The position numbers were made by a program, and so were the translations under genes. A stretch of DNA of 64,000 bases from Pelomyxa schiedti (lineage: Eukaryota; Protista; Evosea): positions 1 through 64,000 of the forward strand of contig JAHLWZ010000277.1 in NCBI GenBank assembly GCA_020536535.1, read 5' to 3'. Of this stretch, positions 25,092-38,797 are shown piece by piece (position 1 is the stretch's first letter; each line of letters starts with the position of its first letter). The notes below the pieces were generated by a model, which saw nothing but the letters and a program-made list of their open reading frames with translations, was not told the origin of the DNA and searched no databases.

Positions 25092-26073
25092 GAAACCACA
25101 AATATGGAAAGACTTTCCCAAATCCCTTCCGAAGATGTTTCTATTGACGAAAATGGATGTGTGGTTGTGAAGCTACCAGCACAAGATGGGGTGTATGCAT
25201 GCGGTTGGTTACTGGGGCCTCCTGCATCTGAAATGTGGTATTGGGCCCTAAGATTTGTTCGCCTATCCTCGTCCAAATCGTGTGACCTTGAATCCATTGG
25301 ACATGTAAACTACGTCAAGGTCCTGAGAGGAAGTGTGGAGGGTATCCCTGATTTGACTCCACTCAGACCTCCTTTTTGTGTAAGAAACACGCTATTCCAA
25401 GGTAACTTACCTACTTATAAACGGAAGTACATCACTTAATGCACATGCAGGGCACACCCTTGTAGCCGGGCCCAAGGGGCTGCTGGCCCTTGTTCTCACA
25501 GCGTCTTCATCATGTCCGCAAGCCATTCACTCTCCAGAGCAGCTTACATTTACGCCTATGGGAAGCAAATCAATACCGATTGGAGCGGATCCCTTGGTGT
25601 GGCGGCATGTGAAGGATGCTTTCCCTGCATGGGGTGGTGCATTTGATGGCAGGAGGTTCCATCACTCTGGCGTCATTTCCGTATGGGAGGGTGGCGTGAA
25701 AGTCTGCTACGTTCGCATGTGGGCGGCAGGCATTGGCGTGGATTGCGGAATTCATGATCACTCTGACCTATCACGTGACACCACTTTTTGTGAGGTGCAC
25801 TTTGCATTGCACAGTGCTGGCGGGAATGGTGGCATGGTGTGGTTCTCTTCGTACAATGGCGCGGAGCACCAAGTTCCTTTGTGCCACCCCGGAGATGAAC
25901 ATGGAAGGTTTTGGCTAGTTGAAGGCAGTGGTGACACTGAGCTGCCACGACTACGAAGCAATGGTGGAGTGGAATATGTGAGGCACAAGTGGGACTCTGG
26001 TACCGGAACAGGAACTGCCATGGATGTGTGGATCGCCATTGAGTTCATGCCAAGTTTTCTCTACGGTAACTGA
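25092..26073 (+). CDS. Aldos-2-ulose dehydratase (AUDH)-type cupin region, probably the C-terminal part of the Rab protein
   Basis: MWAAGIGVDCGIHDHS, FCEVHFAL..AGGNGGM, EHGRFW, VEYVRHKWDSG, DVWIAIEF match the AUDH cupin pattern as recognised from memory. Intron 25402-25450 joins the two ORFs in frame. Confidence 0.7.
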
Positions 26074-26140
26074 GGTACGAAAGATAAGCCTTGTCAGTCT
26101 CAACCTGCGTTCGGATTTGACTCTTTTTGTTTTTTTTCTG

Positions 26141-26548
26141 ATGGCGTCAGTGCCGACTGTCGATGCCAGCGATTTTTGTGTGGTGCTTGTTACTGCGGGG
26201 AGCGATGAAGAGGCAAATACGATAGCACGCACGTTGGTGGAAGACCAGCTCGTGGCCTGTGTCAACATCGTTCCGGGCATCAGATCTGTATACATGTGGA
26301 AAGGAAGGGTACTACTCGCCCTAGTTACTCTGCCATCGTGGCTTCTCTAATTTTGTGAGTGCCTGTGATAGTTGGAAACCGGCAACGAGATTCTTATGAT
26401 CTGTAAAACGAGGCGCAGCCTGTTTGAGCGTGTGGCCGCACGCGTGACGCAACTGCACAGCTACTCTGTACCGGAAGTGATCTCGCTACCACTGGCCAGA
26501 TCTTTAGCTCCGTATGCCAAGTGGCTTGGCGACATGACTTTGCCTTGA
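26141..26548 (+). CDS. cutA: CutA divalent-cation tolerance family protein
   Basis: VVLVTAGSDEEANTIARTLVEDQLVACVNIVPGIRSVYMWKG, intron, then EILMICKT...LHSYSVPEVISLP...YAKWL. Confidence 0.93.
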
Positions 26549-26722
26549 TCCAAGATCTTGGATCGTTGATTTTGTTCACACCACCTGTATGCGCAATCTT
26601 GTGCTCGCAAAATAAATAAAGAAAAAAAAATTTAAACATGTGAAGGCGTACTGGAGTTTTTGGCATGTCATTTTACAAAGTTGAGTTGTCAAAACTGTTT
26701 ATTATTACTAAGTAAGACAATA

Positions 26723-27704
26723 ATGTTGTATCAGGTGAAGATGGTGCTGCTTGGCGATACTAGTAACTGGCCTTTTTTCTGTGTGTGCGTTTCCACTCAA
26801 GATCTCACAGATGTGGGGAAGACTGCATTGGTGCAAAGATTTGTCCACAACTTCTTTTCCGAAAATGTCCCTAGTACAGTTGGTGCCTCTTACTTTGAGA
26901 AGAAAATGTGGGGCCCTTTCCCATTGTAGCCTCTTTCATTTCACCTCAACTCAGGTTTGTCGACGGCGTCGGCTTGAGTCTCCAAATATGGGACACGGTA
27001 TGCTCTTATACAAAGTGATCTCTGTTCACATTTCCTACAGGCTGGACAAGAAAGGTTTTAATACTTTCACTCTTCATTCAGTAACTTGTGTTAGATTTCG
27101 TTCACTGGTACTCCATAGTATTTACTCATTGTTTTCTAAGACTCTTGTAAAGGCCCCAATGTACTATCATGGCGCACATGCTGCTCTTCTAGTGTAATTT
27201 CTAAAATCTTACGGAAAGTCTCACAAAAACCAGATATGATAGCTCCTCTCCAGCATCTTTTTCCAAGTTGAAGGAATGGGCAACTGGTTTGTTCCCTTTA
27301 TTGCCTCTGCATTAATGATTTCCTAGAGATAAAGAATAATGCTCCAGATAACATTGGTAAGACCAACGCTCACCCTTTCCCGATTCATCTGTGGTACAGT
27401 TATATGTGTAGCTGGTACCAAAACTGATCTAGTACCCACTGCCGTTGAATGCAAGGAAGATCTGGATATTCTTATGTACGAGGCAGAGAGTTTTGCTAAG
27501 GAACTGGGCGCCTATTTCTCACAAACCTCCTCTAAAGCGAACACAGGTTGCTTCTCTTTTCCCCACCTTCATATCCTAAATCCTCGCCAAGGGGTGGAGG
27601 AGACTTTTTCCCAGCTTGCTCACGGCGTAGTGGAACGCCACAACTTGGCTCCCAACGAGACCCTTGTTTCCCTTCACCAAGTCCGCACCCCGACCTGCTG
27701 CTAG
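26723..27704 (+). CDS. Rab5/Rab22-like small GTPase
   Basis: GDTNVGKT, STVGASY, WDTAGQERFRSLAPMYY, C-terminal CC. G4 reads TKTD. Many short introns with 13- and 14-nt exons. Confidence 0.9.
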
Positions 27705-27832
27705 ATTTTCCTTGAGCCACAACAACCCACACTTCCATTTCCAATTGGCACCACACAACGTTAAGTAACAGCACTCTAACTAGTAGCAAAATGTTTCCTT
27801 CTTGTTCTTTTGGTACCAAATTATGTTTGTGG

Positions 27833-30800
27833 TTATGCATAATACCAGGGGGGTGTGAGGTGGCCTCTTATGGCTTGGTATTGTTCCTCGGTGAATTGGT
27901 CTTGGAATAGCTCCCAGTTGCATTGGTGTGTTTTCCAGAACGAACGGAAACACTCCGTAACTGCGTTACCCAATGGAGGGCGTTCAAGTCCGTGTTGCAT
28001 GAGAATCCCCACTACACGCGGGAAGTGTTCTGGCACAATAAAGGGCTCCGACATTAGAATGGCTGTTAGAACAGTCAGGACTTTCTGAGAGGTTGTGTGA
28101 AGGCTTACCGGCAAGCCCAAGAATGCCCCCGTGACGTATTTCTAGAGTTGCGTTCTTGGAAAATTCTTCAAATTCGTCGATCAGTGTCTTGAGTAGAGCT
28201 TTTTGTGGAGTTTAGAAGTCGTAATAACACATTGAAAACAACACTACATCTTGAAAACATAAAATACAAATAAACCAGGGTCAGTTGAAAGAGGTATTCC
28301 AGAAGAAAGACATCTAGAAATATTCGCAGCTGCTGTTACATGTACTTCAAGTTGCTTGTCTTTCAACATCTCAATGGTGAGCTTTAAACTATAAAGAGGA
28401 TGAACTTCACACAAAAAAGGCAAAAGGTACTATTCCAATGCATTCTCATTGGTAATTGTGTAGGCATAATTTGCAATAAGTACACTGGCAAATAGGGACA
28501 CCCACCGTCTGCGGTGCCAGTTATCTGAAGTGAGAGCTTGTTTCACTTCACTTACTATAGAACTAAAAGAGTACAAGGGTTGCATATCAACAGGGACGGT
28601 GTTCTAATATAAGTTAGGATCAAGAGCAATGAGTGCTGACAGTACATTAGCAAGGAGTATCAGGGCATCTCGTGCCAAATCAGCCACCTCTTGTTTTGGG
28701 GCAGCTTGTATTGCAAAAAGAGCAATCAAGAGTTCATGAAATATGGGTATAAAGGAATTAATCCATCCAGTTTGACTGGAGAAGTATCTGGGTTTGAATG
28801 TTAGAAAGGAAAGAAAAACTGTTCAGGAAATCCGTGTATGATGCATACACGAGATTTATTAGTGATGTAGCTGCATCACTTTCTGGGGATTGTGCAACTA
28901 TGTCACAGAGTGATCGAGTAACTTTCAGAACAGTATTTAGTACTTCAGAGTTCTGCGTTTCAGATTCTCCTAAGTAACATCAGTGCCCGCAACAAATCGA
29001 GAAAAGGAACACTTTTTCGTGCTCTGAAAGGGCATACAACAGCAAGAGTCTGTGATAACAAGAATGCTGCTTCAAGTCTGATGGATTTGTATGGGTGCAA
29101 CAGACAACGATTAATCTCTAGTTGGGCGCTTGGTAAAAAAAAAAAATAAAAGTTGCACAGACCATTCTCAGTTATCAACGCGGAGAAGATGGCTGGTTCA
29201 CATGTTTCAACTACCATTGATTGGAGGAAATTCAGATGCCGTACAACGGCTCTAAATGATTCTCCATCACAATGAGACATCAGCTCATTGAGCGCTTGTC
29301 GGAGAATTTCCACTAACCAGTTAATGCTTGCTAGGCTTCTTCCTCTCACAATGTACTGAACACAAGATGCCCATATTGGCCACGCAGAGGGTGTGGCTGC
29401 TTCTAACAGGGAGGAAATATGACTTACCCACCATTCGTCGGGTTTCACAGATTTTCGAGCCCTGATAACTCCAGCAACAACCTCTGCAATGAAGCACTGC
29501 CTAGACTCTTCTTCGTCTGTTGCCTCAGATTCATTCTCCAGTGTTATCACTAGATCCACACACATTTGCAAAAACTGCTCGCCATGTCGGCGGACAAGAG
29601 CTTTGAAGAGTTGTGCATTGATGGCGTGAAATTGGTCACTGACAAGACCTGTCAGCGTAGGCCAGCTAGAGGATAAGTACTTGGTCAGTCCAAGCAGCAA
29701 ACTAGCCATCGAAAAAGAAAAAGTTAGAGAGGTGCCGCGGAAGATGAAAAAACCTTCCAAAATCTTCCATATTTTCTTTGGTTGGATCCAGCAACCCGGC
29801 ATCATTTCCTTCTTGCGAAATTGACATCCGAGATTCAATAACGGCATGTGCAAACTCTTCCAAGTCTAGACTGTCCAACAAATCTTCATCATCGTATTGG
29901 CAGTTTCGAACCATGCACAATAAGCCCAGTGTGGATAGAAGGAGGCAATCAGAAAACTTGCTAGTGATTCCTTTTGCAAGCCACTGTATCCAAGGAAGTG
30001 GTAGCTTATCGGGAGCCCAAGGAAGAAACAGGACAAACCAAAGACAGGAAAGAATCTCAAAACGCCAATGGTCACTTCTGGGGCTGAGAAGGGTTTAAGT
30101 GTTTTTTTTTTCCCCCTTTTCTTTACCTTGAGAGGATATCCATAATGTGTCTGTAGGTGTCAATATCTCTTGATAACTGTTGTTCCAAATGTTGACGAGC
30201 GAGGGTGATGGTCTTGATATCAGAAAAATTGTTTGCGACCTCAGCCGCAAATGGTGGCAAGTGTAACGGCTCGACAAAAAGTGCAATGCTATATGTACGG
30301 AGTAGCCTCATGAGATGTTTTGTGGTACGCTTTTGGTCAAGCTCGTTGGACTGGTATAGGGCAGCTATAAAGTCGTGAACGTGTTGCCAGTTATCCAAGA
30401 TAGTGTACTGTATGAAAGTTTGCAAGATTGCACTGAGAGGAGGAAAAAACCTTCAATCTGGAATTATCAATGAGTAAAACTGCCGCTCCCAAGGTCCCAC
30501 CTTCCTCGTTATCCTTTGTTGGGGGTTCAACAAGTTTTTTCAATGTCTGGCTAACAAGAAAGTCGGGTGGTTCACATAATCTGTCAATACACTGAGATAA
30601 AGCATAGCATGCCTCGTTTCCAACCGAGTCATATGCACCAGTGGCAAGGTCCAGAAGGTCGGACATTAATTTACAACACAAGGGATCCGTGGTAGTGCAC
30701 ACTTCAATGTGAGAGCGGTAAACACGTGCCAAGTGTTGTTGGTAGAGTCGTTGCAGAAGCAGTATTCGGGGTACAGGCTCTCCTTGAATATATATTCGGT

Positions 30801-33800
30801 ATCTATGTTTGCGCTTGGTGCGTAACGACTGGTACGTTGTATATAAGGTTGAGCCACGGTCCCCCAAAACAAGCGCAATCAGTTTGGTGGCGAGAATCTG
30901 CATTTCTACTGTGCTATGAGGAGATGATGATAGATAGGGTATCATTTCGTGCAATAAGAGCCCTAGATTGCGCCGAATAGGGGAAGGTAAAGTTCTCGAA
31001 CTACTTGTAACAATCAAGTTTCGGTACATAAACTGCCCATCCGGAGCCAGTGGGCCATCTCTAGGGGGGAGATCAGCGATCGGTCTTAACGCTGTGATGA
31101 CCCCAGACAAAATGAATTGCAATAGATACAATGCTGAGCAAATCAAATCAGAAGGGGTTGTTTCACTTTCACCAGCACACTTCAGCACCGGAGGTGCTTG
31201 AAGAGTGTCAGTCATTGCAGCATGTAGAACCTCAAAACTCATCTGAGACAGAACGTCAACAATTTTTGCGGCAAATGCAAATTCCTCCTCAGAAGGTTCG
31301 TGCCATTGGCAATCGACAACAGAGTAATCTTTTGATCCAAAGATAGGACAGATACCACTCACACTGCATGCTGTCATAGAAATTTCCCACTGTTTTGGCG
31401 GTAGTGCCCGTAGCTCTGCAGGATAAATTGAAGTGAGGGCAAGCAGAATGTCTTTTGTGGCCTTGGCACCCATTTGCCTAACTTTCTTTCTGTTGTGCTT
31501 TTGTGAGGAACACAGTATGTCAAGAATGACATCTTTGTAAGTGAGCATATGTGACCCTGAGAGGGCCAAAGTTTTTGCAAACAGTAAAAGGTACCACTGT
31601 GCTTCATGTTCTGCTGAAAGTTAGAGAGGGAAGGGGAATTTAAAAAAGAAAACCAGAAAGATCATCCAATAATGCAGCATGAGATCCAGGTGATACTGGG
31701 CCAATAAGGCGAGATAGTAAAATGGGAACAAGTTGCTTTAGTGCATAAGGTGGATTGGCATGTACAGCAGAATAAAAAAGGACAGAGGCCAGTTTCCAGG
31801 AACTGGGAGGGAGGAACGTTGTTTTTATCACATCACAGAGCTTGTGTATAGCAGCAGCAAATAGAGGGGGAGAAAGGTGCATAAAGAGCTGTTGGAAGAA
31901 ATCATGGAACATAATAACAAACGTATTTTCCTCTGGTTTTCTATCTTTGGAGCCACTTGAGATGTCATCCTGAACTTGGATGAGTTTTAGAAATCGGTCA
32001 ATAATCTCTCCAGTAAGCGAGGGCAACATGTGTGACAACCTCGATTGTGGTGTTTCCCCTGATGACGACTTCCGCAGTTTGTTTGGTAGCGGTGGGGATT
32101 CAAGACATACAAGTGGGAGGTACGTTGCAAAGCGAGTAAGGAATTTCAGTGCAGCATTTGTCAAAGCTGTGTCATTAGCTGTAATTGCATCAAGAGCCGC
32201 AGATAAAAATTCGGGTAACAATTGCATTCCACCAGGCCATTTCAATAAGTACGGTAACATGCCAGCCAAGGCTTCAATTACACAGCAAAGATAATGTGGT
32301 GGACGCATAACAATGGTTGGAGTGTTCCGAATCACAGGTAGTATTCTCTGTAGGAACGGGGGGATCACGATGTGCGGGCACAATACTGACAAATTGACAA
32401 GTAAACGCACAGGAGCAACATGATGTGGCTGGTGATGAACAAAAATCATGGGCATTAGAGCTTCTTTAAGTACTGTGTCCACAAAAAAATCTTTTTCCTG
32501 TGTTGTGATGGTGTCGTCTCTCTGAATCCAATTGATGTAGTTCTTAACTATTATCCCTAAGAAGGGCAGTAGACTTTTGGGATCTTCTTCTGCGGGTATT
32601 GGTTGATAAAAAGTTGACAAGGAGTGCATCATCCGGGAAAAAGGATCTTGTGCAGCAACACCCCACAAGGCCAAGCATGAAGAAACTAGTTTCCCAGCGC
32701 AGTAAAGAATTCGGCCCTCCGAATTGCTCAGTGAAAATAATAAAGCATCAACGCTGGTGAAACTCAGTTGCTGGTCAGTATTGCCACTGAGGGCGTTTTG
32801 GACCATGCTGTAAACATTTGTGAATAAGACCGGAATAAACTTGGCAGCATAGGGTTTCAGTTCCGCGGGATTGTGCTGTAACACTCTTGTAACCAGACTT
32901 GACCAAACATTGTTCCAGTCGAAATTTTGCTCCACCCAGCCCCAAACTCCAATGAATCGTTCAAACATGGGTACCACAGACTGGATGGGCAGATATCTTG
33001 GGGTGAAATATCCCAATAAAGTAGCGGCGCGGTGAATTCTCATATCGAATCGAGTGAAGTGAGTTGCTACTTGTTCAAACTCCGCCAAAATTTCTGTAGC
33101 AGACTCAGGTTCAAAGTATCGATTGATGGACTGGAGTAGCGCCATCAAATCTTCTGCAAAAGTGTATGTAAGGTACCACACAGGAAAAGGGAACATCACA
33201 CCTTGCTCGGCACCTAAACAATGCTTTCCAGATCTCTCAAATACATCGCAGACCTTAAGTATCATGTCATACAGAGGTCTCCAGGGAAAAACCAATTTGG
33301 GGACTGGCTTTTTTGTACAACTAACTGAATCTGGGGCTGGAGGTGCTGCAGTGGCTGACAGAGGGGATTCAGAGCCCGTTTTACCCACTTTTACCGAGTC
33401 AAGGGGAGATTCCTGCGATTGATGGCAGCTGGGATCAGCCGCGGCTTGATTGGAGTGCACCTTGTGACATGTTTTACTTCTGAGGCGATGCAGAACGCTT
33501 GTCAACACTTCAGCTAGCACTGGCAGAACTGCCATTCTGTCAGAGTCGGGCACGGAATGACACAACAACTCGTATAACAGTTTGGCAATGGAATGCAGTT
33601 CCTCTTTAGGAACAGGGTACTTCAGTTCAATCCACGCACTCAGCTTTCCCAAGAAGAAGAACAGCGATTTCTGCAAAACAAGTTAACAATCTCCGCGCGT
33701 TTTTAAACGGGACTTCAAACCCGGTAATCTCCGATAGCTACGGACAGTTTCAAGCCAGTTACGATGTAATCGAAATTCCTACGGCCCTCTTCCACAATGG

Positions 33801-33849
33801 CGTCCCTGTAACACAACGGCATATAGGAGTTCACATTCTTGAGATCCAT
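27833..33849 (-). CDS. PSME4: Proteasome activator PA200/Blm10
   Basis: Long HEAT-like protein with WRPLYD, ALDAITANDT, QWHEPSEEE, FWKTHQCNW...FTEEQ and the C-terminal YYA HbYX motif characteristic of Blm10/PA200. Confidence 0.92.
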
Positions 33850-34018
33850 CTCCCGGTTTTGTGCCCTACCCTTGGGCACACCACCTCTTGTTTATTGTTT
33901 TTGTTTTTGTTTTGATCGCAGACCGGAACATAATGTTTTTGTTTTCGCTGTTTGACAGGCGAAACAGATCTAGCAAGAAAGAGAAAACTAAACAAAAACC
34001 CACGAAGAGCGAAGTACG

Positions 34019-37000
34019 ATGGCGACCACAATCAGGAGTTCGCATCTGTATCAGATGATACAGCAGCAACAATCTCCTGACATTCCCGCCACTGGCACGC
34101 CAAAGAAGCGTAATCTGTCTGTACAAACTACGGCTGCCGCTGGGGCTGTGACGATGTGCACGACGTCCACATCTTCGGCTGCAGCACAGGCAGCACTCGA
34201 AGCCGTGGAAGCGACTAGTAGTAGTAATAAAACAGGCAGATTGCCGACACTCGGGGGAGGTTTCGTTTCTCTCCAGGGATCTCTGGTCGATTCTCCAGAG
34301 GCCAGGGGGAATATTGTTGACGCCGCTGAGGTAGTATTTTAGCGTTTCCACTATGCGAAAAACAGACTTTGCTGAACTTGCAACTTAAAAAAAAAAAAAA
34401 AAAAGGAATTCAAGAGAACGTGTGGTAAAATGACTGAATTACAGAAGTTATTAAGGCTTCAGCGTGCTGCTGGGCAAGGTTTTTAGCCCTTCCTGTGTAT
34501 GCAATCAATGAATGCCTAGAGTACATCAACTGTTCGAGGCAGATAAGTAAATTTCTGCCTACAATGATTCCGGCTGAGGATAGAGATGCAAGTAAATTTG
34601 TTTGGCCTCCCGGTTCCTGTAGTCCCACCTTCTTTTCCTAGAAAAGCTGGTTGACGATGCAGTCACGATATTAAACTTCATTGAAGAAGAACGAGAAACG
34701 CTTGTTCAAGCGGTCGATATGTATTTAGGGTCTCCTATGCAAAACTTTCTCGAATCAGACTTTAAATTGGTTAAAGTAATCCTTTGTGACTTCTCTTTCA
34801 ATTTTGGACATGACCCTTAATCACTCCTAGAGCAGTTACAAGGAATTTCTCAAAACCACTGACTCTGTGGAGGCTACTGCAGCAAAATTGAGCCAAGTGA
34901 AGAAAAATAAGGCTAGAACACTTGAGGTTTTTGTTTGATATATGTATTTGGTGAATTAACGAACCAAAAGGAGCAAGAAGTGATTGAAAGTAAGATCCGT
35001 CACAAAGAGGCAACGTTGAATCTTGCTACTGCCATTAATGCGTCTAAAGTATATACACTTACCCTTTTTTCAGTTCTCACATGTTACACCAATAGCGTAA
35101 GTTACGGCTTCAACTTCTAGAAGGTATTCAAGGATATGTGCAGCTGCACCAGATGTTTCTGCGAGCAGGTACTGATAGTGCAATGCAGTTTCAATTTTAT
35201 TCAGACCTTTGTTCAGCTGCAGCCACTTTTGAGGACCAAGAATCTGAACTCCATAATCTTGTTTCCTGTGTCTCAGATATACGAGATGCGGTTAAATTGG
35301 AAGATGAGGGTGATCAAATGCTCCATGAAACTCTAGTCAAAGTACCACACAAGCCCCATGCATTTCCTTTTCTTCTCTTAACACAATCAAGAAAGACTTG
35401 ATACAGTTTCCAGCTGTAAAACAAGACTCCCATGAAATTGAAGGGTATGTTCTTTCCCCAAGAAACCCTTGGTAAACAACCAAAAGGTATCTCTTTAAGT
35501 GTACAACGAGGAGTCTTGTTACTTCCTGGGTGAGAACTTATTGTAGAATACAAGGAGGAAGATTTTACTATTACCCACCGAAGGTAACAATTGATTTCCC
35601 CTTTTTTTGGTTGATCTAAGAAAGGTTCGCCAACCACTGTTCGTGGAGATTATGCTCACAACAGTGCGATTGCGGGACGAGCTTGAGCGGCAGTATTGCT
35701 TTGAAATTATCTCTCCAACTGAGACAATCATTCTACAAGTTGGACACAAATGTTTCTTTTTTTTTTTTGACATTTGAACCTGTTCATAGGCTGAAACACC
35801 TGAAATACGAGATGCATGGATATCTATTATAAATAGTAGCAGGTAAGAGGGCATGGGTTAACCTTGTATCTTATGCTTTACTCCAAAGAATGTCTCTGCT
35901 GGTTAAAACGGACCTGACAACTGCTCCTCCCAAACTTGCACTTCTGCGTGAACTTTACCCAGCAAATAACAGATGTGCTGACTGTGGGTCTCTAAGTATG
36001 TGGGACAGCACAACCATTTCTGTATCTCAGTTTCTTCCAGATCCAGAATGGGCATCATTGAATCTTGGCGTACTTGTTTGCATAAAATGTTCCGGTAATT
36101 TTCTTTACCACAGAAATGCCATAATCCTCTTTTAGGCTTCCATAGAAGACTTGGTGTCCATATATCCAAAGTTCGATCTCTATCCTTGGACAACATGGAA
36201 CCTGAATATATTCTTGTATATTTGGGTAGGGTGTCACTTATACTCCATATTCATTTCGTCGCAGGCCTTTGCAGCCATCGGGAATGAACAAGCTAACAGG
36301 GTCTGGCAGCCCACACTCCCCCCTGATACAGTGTCTCCTACAAACGAAAGGTGAATGAAAAACAAATATAAATCTTACTGTAAACCAAAAAAAGCGACCC
36401 GTATGAATGGATAGAGCGAAAATACAAAAAAAGGGAATTCATTGGCATCTCTGGTAAAACACAAGATGAACATAACCAGGTTATTTCTTGGTATTCAGAT
36501 CAGATTTGATGTTCTAAAAAATTGTTTTTGGAATGAGATTACGGGTCAATTCTGACTTTTCTATCTTACAGGCACTACAAGAGGCTTCTACCCGCGGAGA
36601 TATCCTCCACATGCTATATCACATTGCCCATGGTGCGAACGTAGACACAAGATCCCCCCCTCACAACCAGTATCGATTTCATCTGTCAACGTCACCTTAT
36701 GTCTTCCAAGGACACCTCTTATGCATGCTGTCATTCATCACATTCTTCCTGCAGCTGGTCTTTTAATTGCCTTTAGCTGTAATTTAGATGTGTATGATTA
36801 AAGAAGTAATCTCCTGAGCTGACATTACCTTAGAGGAGATTCAACGAATAAGACCGCACTTCACTACGCCGTCGAGCAGAATTTACAAGACATGGTCCTC
36901 ATCCTTCTAAGGTACACACCACATGGCAGAGTTTACGCTTATTTCAGTACAGGGCAGGTGCATCGCCAAATGTAGTGGATAGTAATGGTGAGACACCCTT

Positions 37001-37526
37001 AAAAACGGCAATGCGTTTGGAGCTTGCCTCTCCACTTACCACTTTGAGGTTGGCCTTTATTGGTATCTCCAATTTTCTAAATCACTTTTATAGAATGTTC
37101 TCACTGGCAAAAAGTGAAGAAACCCGTGACGTCACAACTAGCTTTGAAGACCAATTTCACGCTCTTGAGATAATAACACCCCAACAATTGGATGCAGACA
37201 TGCGACAAGCTGCAGCCAATGCCTCTCTCTTGCAGCTTCCAGATGCTTCAGTAGCACAACCTGCAACTCCGATTGAAGCTGCAATACCAGATGCACCAGA
37301 TACCATCATAGGAAGTCCTCCATCAAGCAAGACTGAAACTTTAGATATCCCACCAGTGAGTGAAGAAGAGAGAAAGCCAAGATCAAACAGTAGTGAGCCA
37401 CCACACCATCACAGGCACCACAAACGCCATGCAGTGTATGAAGCTGTGCCCTCGTCAACACTTACTGCACTATGTGAAAAGCCTAGCAGAAAGGGACAAA
37501 AATCGCCAAACAAGCAGTCCTCTTAA
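34019..37526 (+). CDS. BAR-PH-ArfGAP-ankyrin protein (ACAP/centaurin-beta type)
   Basis: DSPEAR BAR start; PH-like region with CFEIISP; Arf[44 protein letters not shown]; ankyrin repeats HGANVD, KTALHYA, GETPL. Confidence 0.9.
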
Positions 37527-37696
37527 ATTTGTAACTGTGCACAATTTTTAGTGAAACAACATCATGTTTCTTGTAGTTGTCTTTTTTTTAAAAAAAAAAA
37601 GGTGGTCTGCTTGTTTGTGGTTGTGAGAAGTCACGCAATCAATGAATGCATACAGTGTGAATGATTGAAATGTATTCGCGGGAGTTGATGACTTAG

Positions 37697-38797
37697 TTAT
37701 GAAGAGGTTGAGGTAGTTTCTGTGTCGTCTTGCATTTTTGATGGTTCTTCTGGTGCTTTGTCTGATTTTTCTGGTTGGTGTGCTTTTAATTCATCAAGCT
37801 CTTTCTGGAGGGATGCTAGCTCCTGTTCGAGCTCGTTGCATGCAACAGAAATTCTGCCGTTTTTTGCAACACTTGCTCTCCATCGCTCCTCGAGAATCTT
37901 GAGTTGAGTGCCACATTGTGTCTGTGGGATTTCTCGTTAGTAAACCCTAAAAAGTATTATAAGTACTTGTTCTAATTTTCGCTGTATGTTGATTTCCTGA
38001 ATTTCCGATTGGTGACTTGTCAGTATTTTGGATAACCTTTTTGGGTTTTGAAAACGGCACAAGAAGGCACATAAACAAACCTTTCATGAACTTGTTCTAG
38101 GTATTTGTTGTAGTTAATCCACGTGTTTGAACCATATGTATTGATTAATTCTAGATTCAACAGACTGGAACATGATTACTCTACTTTATTAAAATGGGTC
38201 ACACAAACCGTAGATTTTGATGTTCTACTTGTGCTTGTGCATTGGAAACTGCCTGATGCCAAGCGGCCGGATTGTTCCTGTTCGATTCATCCGGAGCTGG
38301 AAGTGAATATCTCTTAAAGTCCATGGGTGCGATAGGGTGTCCTCGTGTAAGCCGAGGAAGTTCTGTGTCAAGGAATCCACTTTGCTTGTAAAAAAACCAC
38401 CATCAGACAACACACAAAGCAAGAGGGGAAACGAAAGAAAAACAAATAAAATAAACCAAAAAAAAACCTCCGCACCACACATAACATAACTTACACAATT
38501 TTATGGGGCAAAAAAAAAAAAAAAAAAAAAGCAGCGCACAAAGGAGTTGAATTTCTTTAGTTCCGGGACCCTCTTCATGACATCGAGAGCAGAAGCGGAA
38601 GCAGCAGCAGGGTCACGCTTGATCTCCTCCTGCAGCATCTGGTCCACCATCTCCTGGCTCGCCTGGTCGAACTGGTCAATGTACGGCAGTGCATCCACCA
38701 ACACATCCGCCGGGTAATTACTTTGCTGTTGTTGTGGCGTGTGGTACTCGAGGAGAAGTGGTGCCGGTGCCGTGCTCGCTGCCGTGATCGTCTGCAT
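37697..38797 (-). CDS. BCAS2: Pre-mRNA splicing factor SPF27/BCAS2
   Basis: VLVDALPYID...VDQMLQEE N-terminal motif and a C-terminal coiled coil ending in TAA at 37697. Confidence 0.85.
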
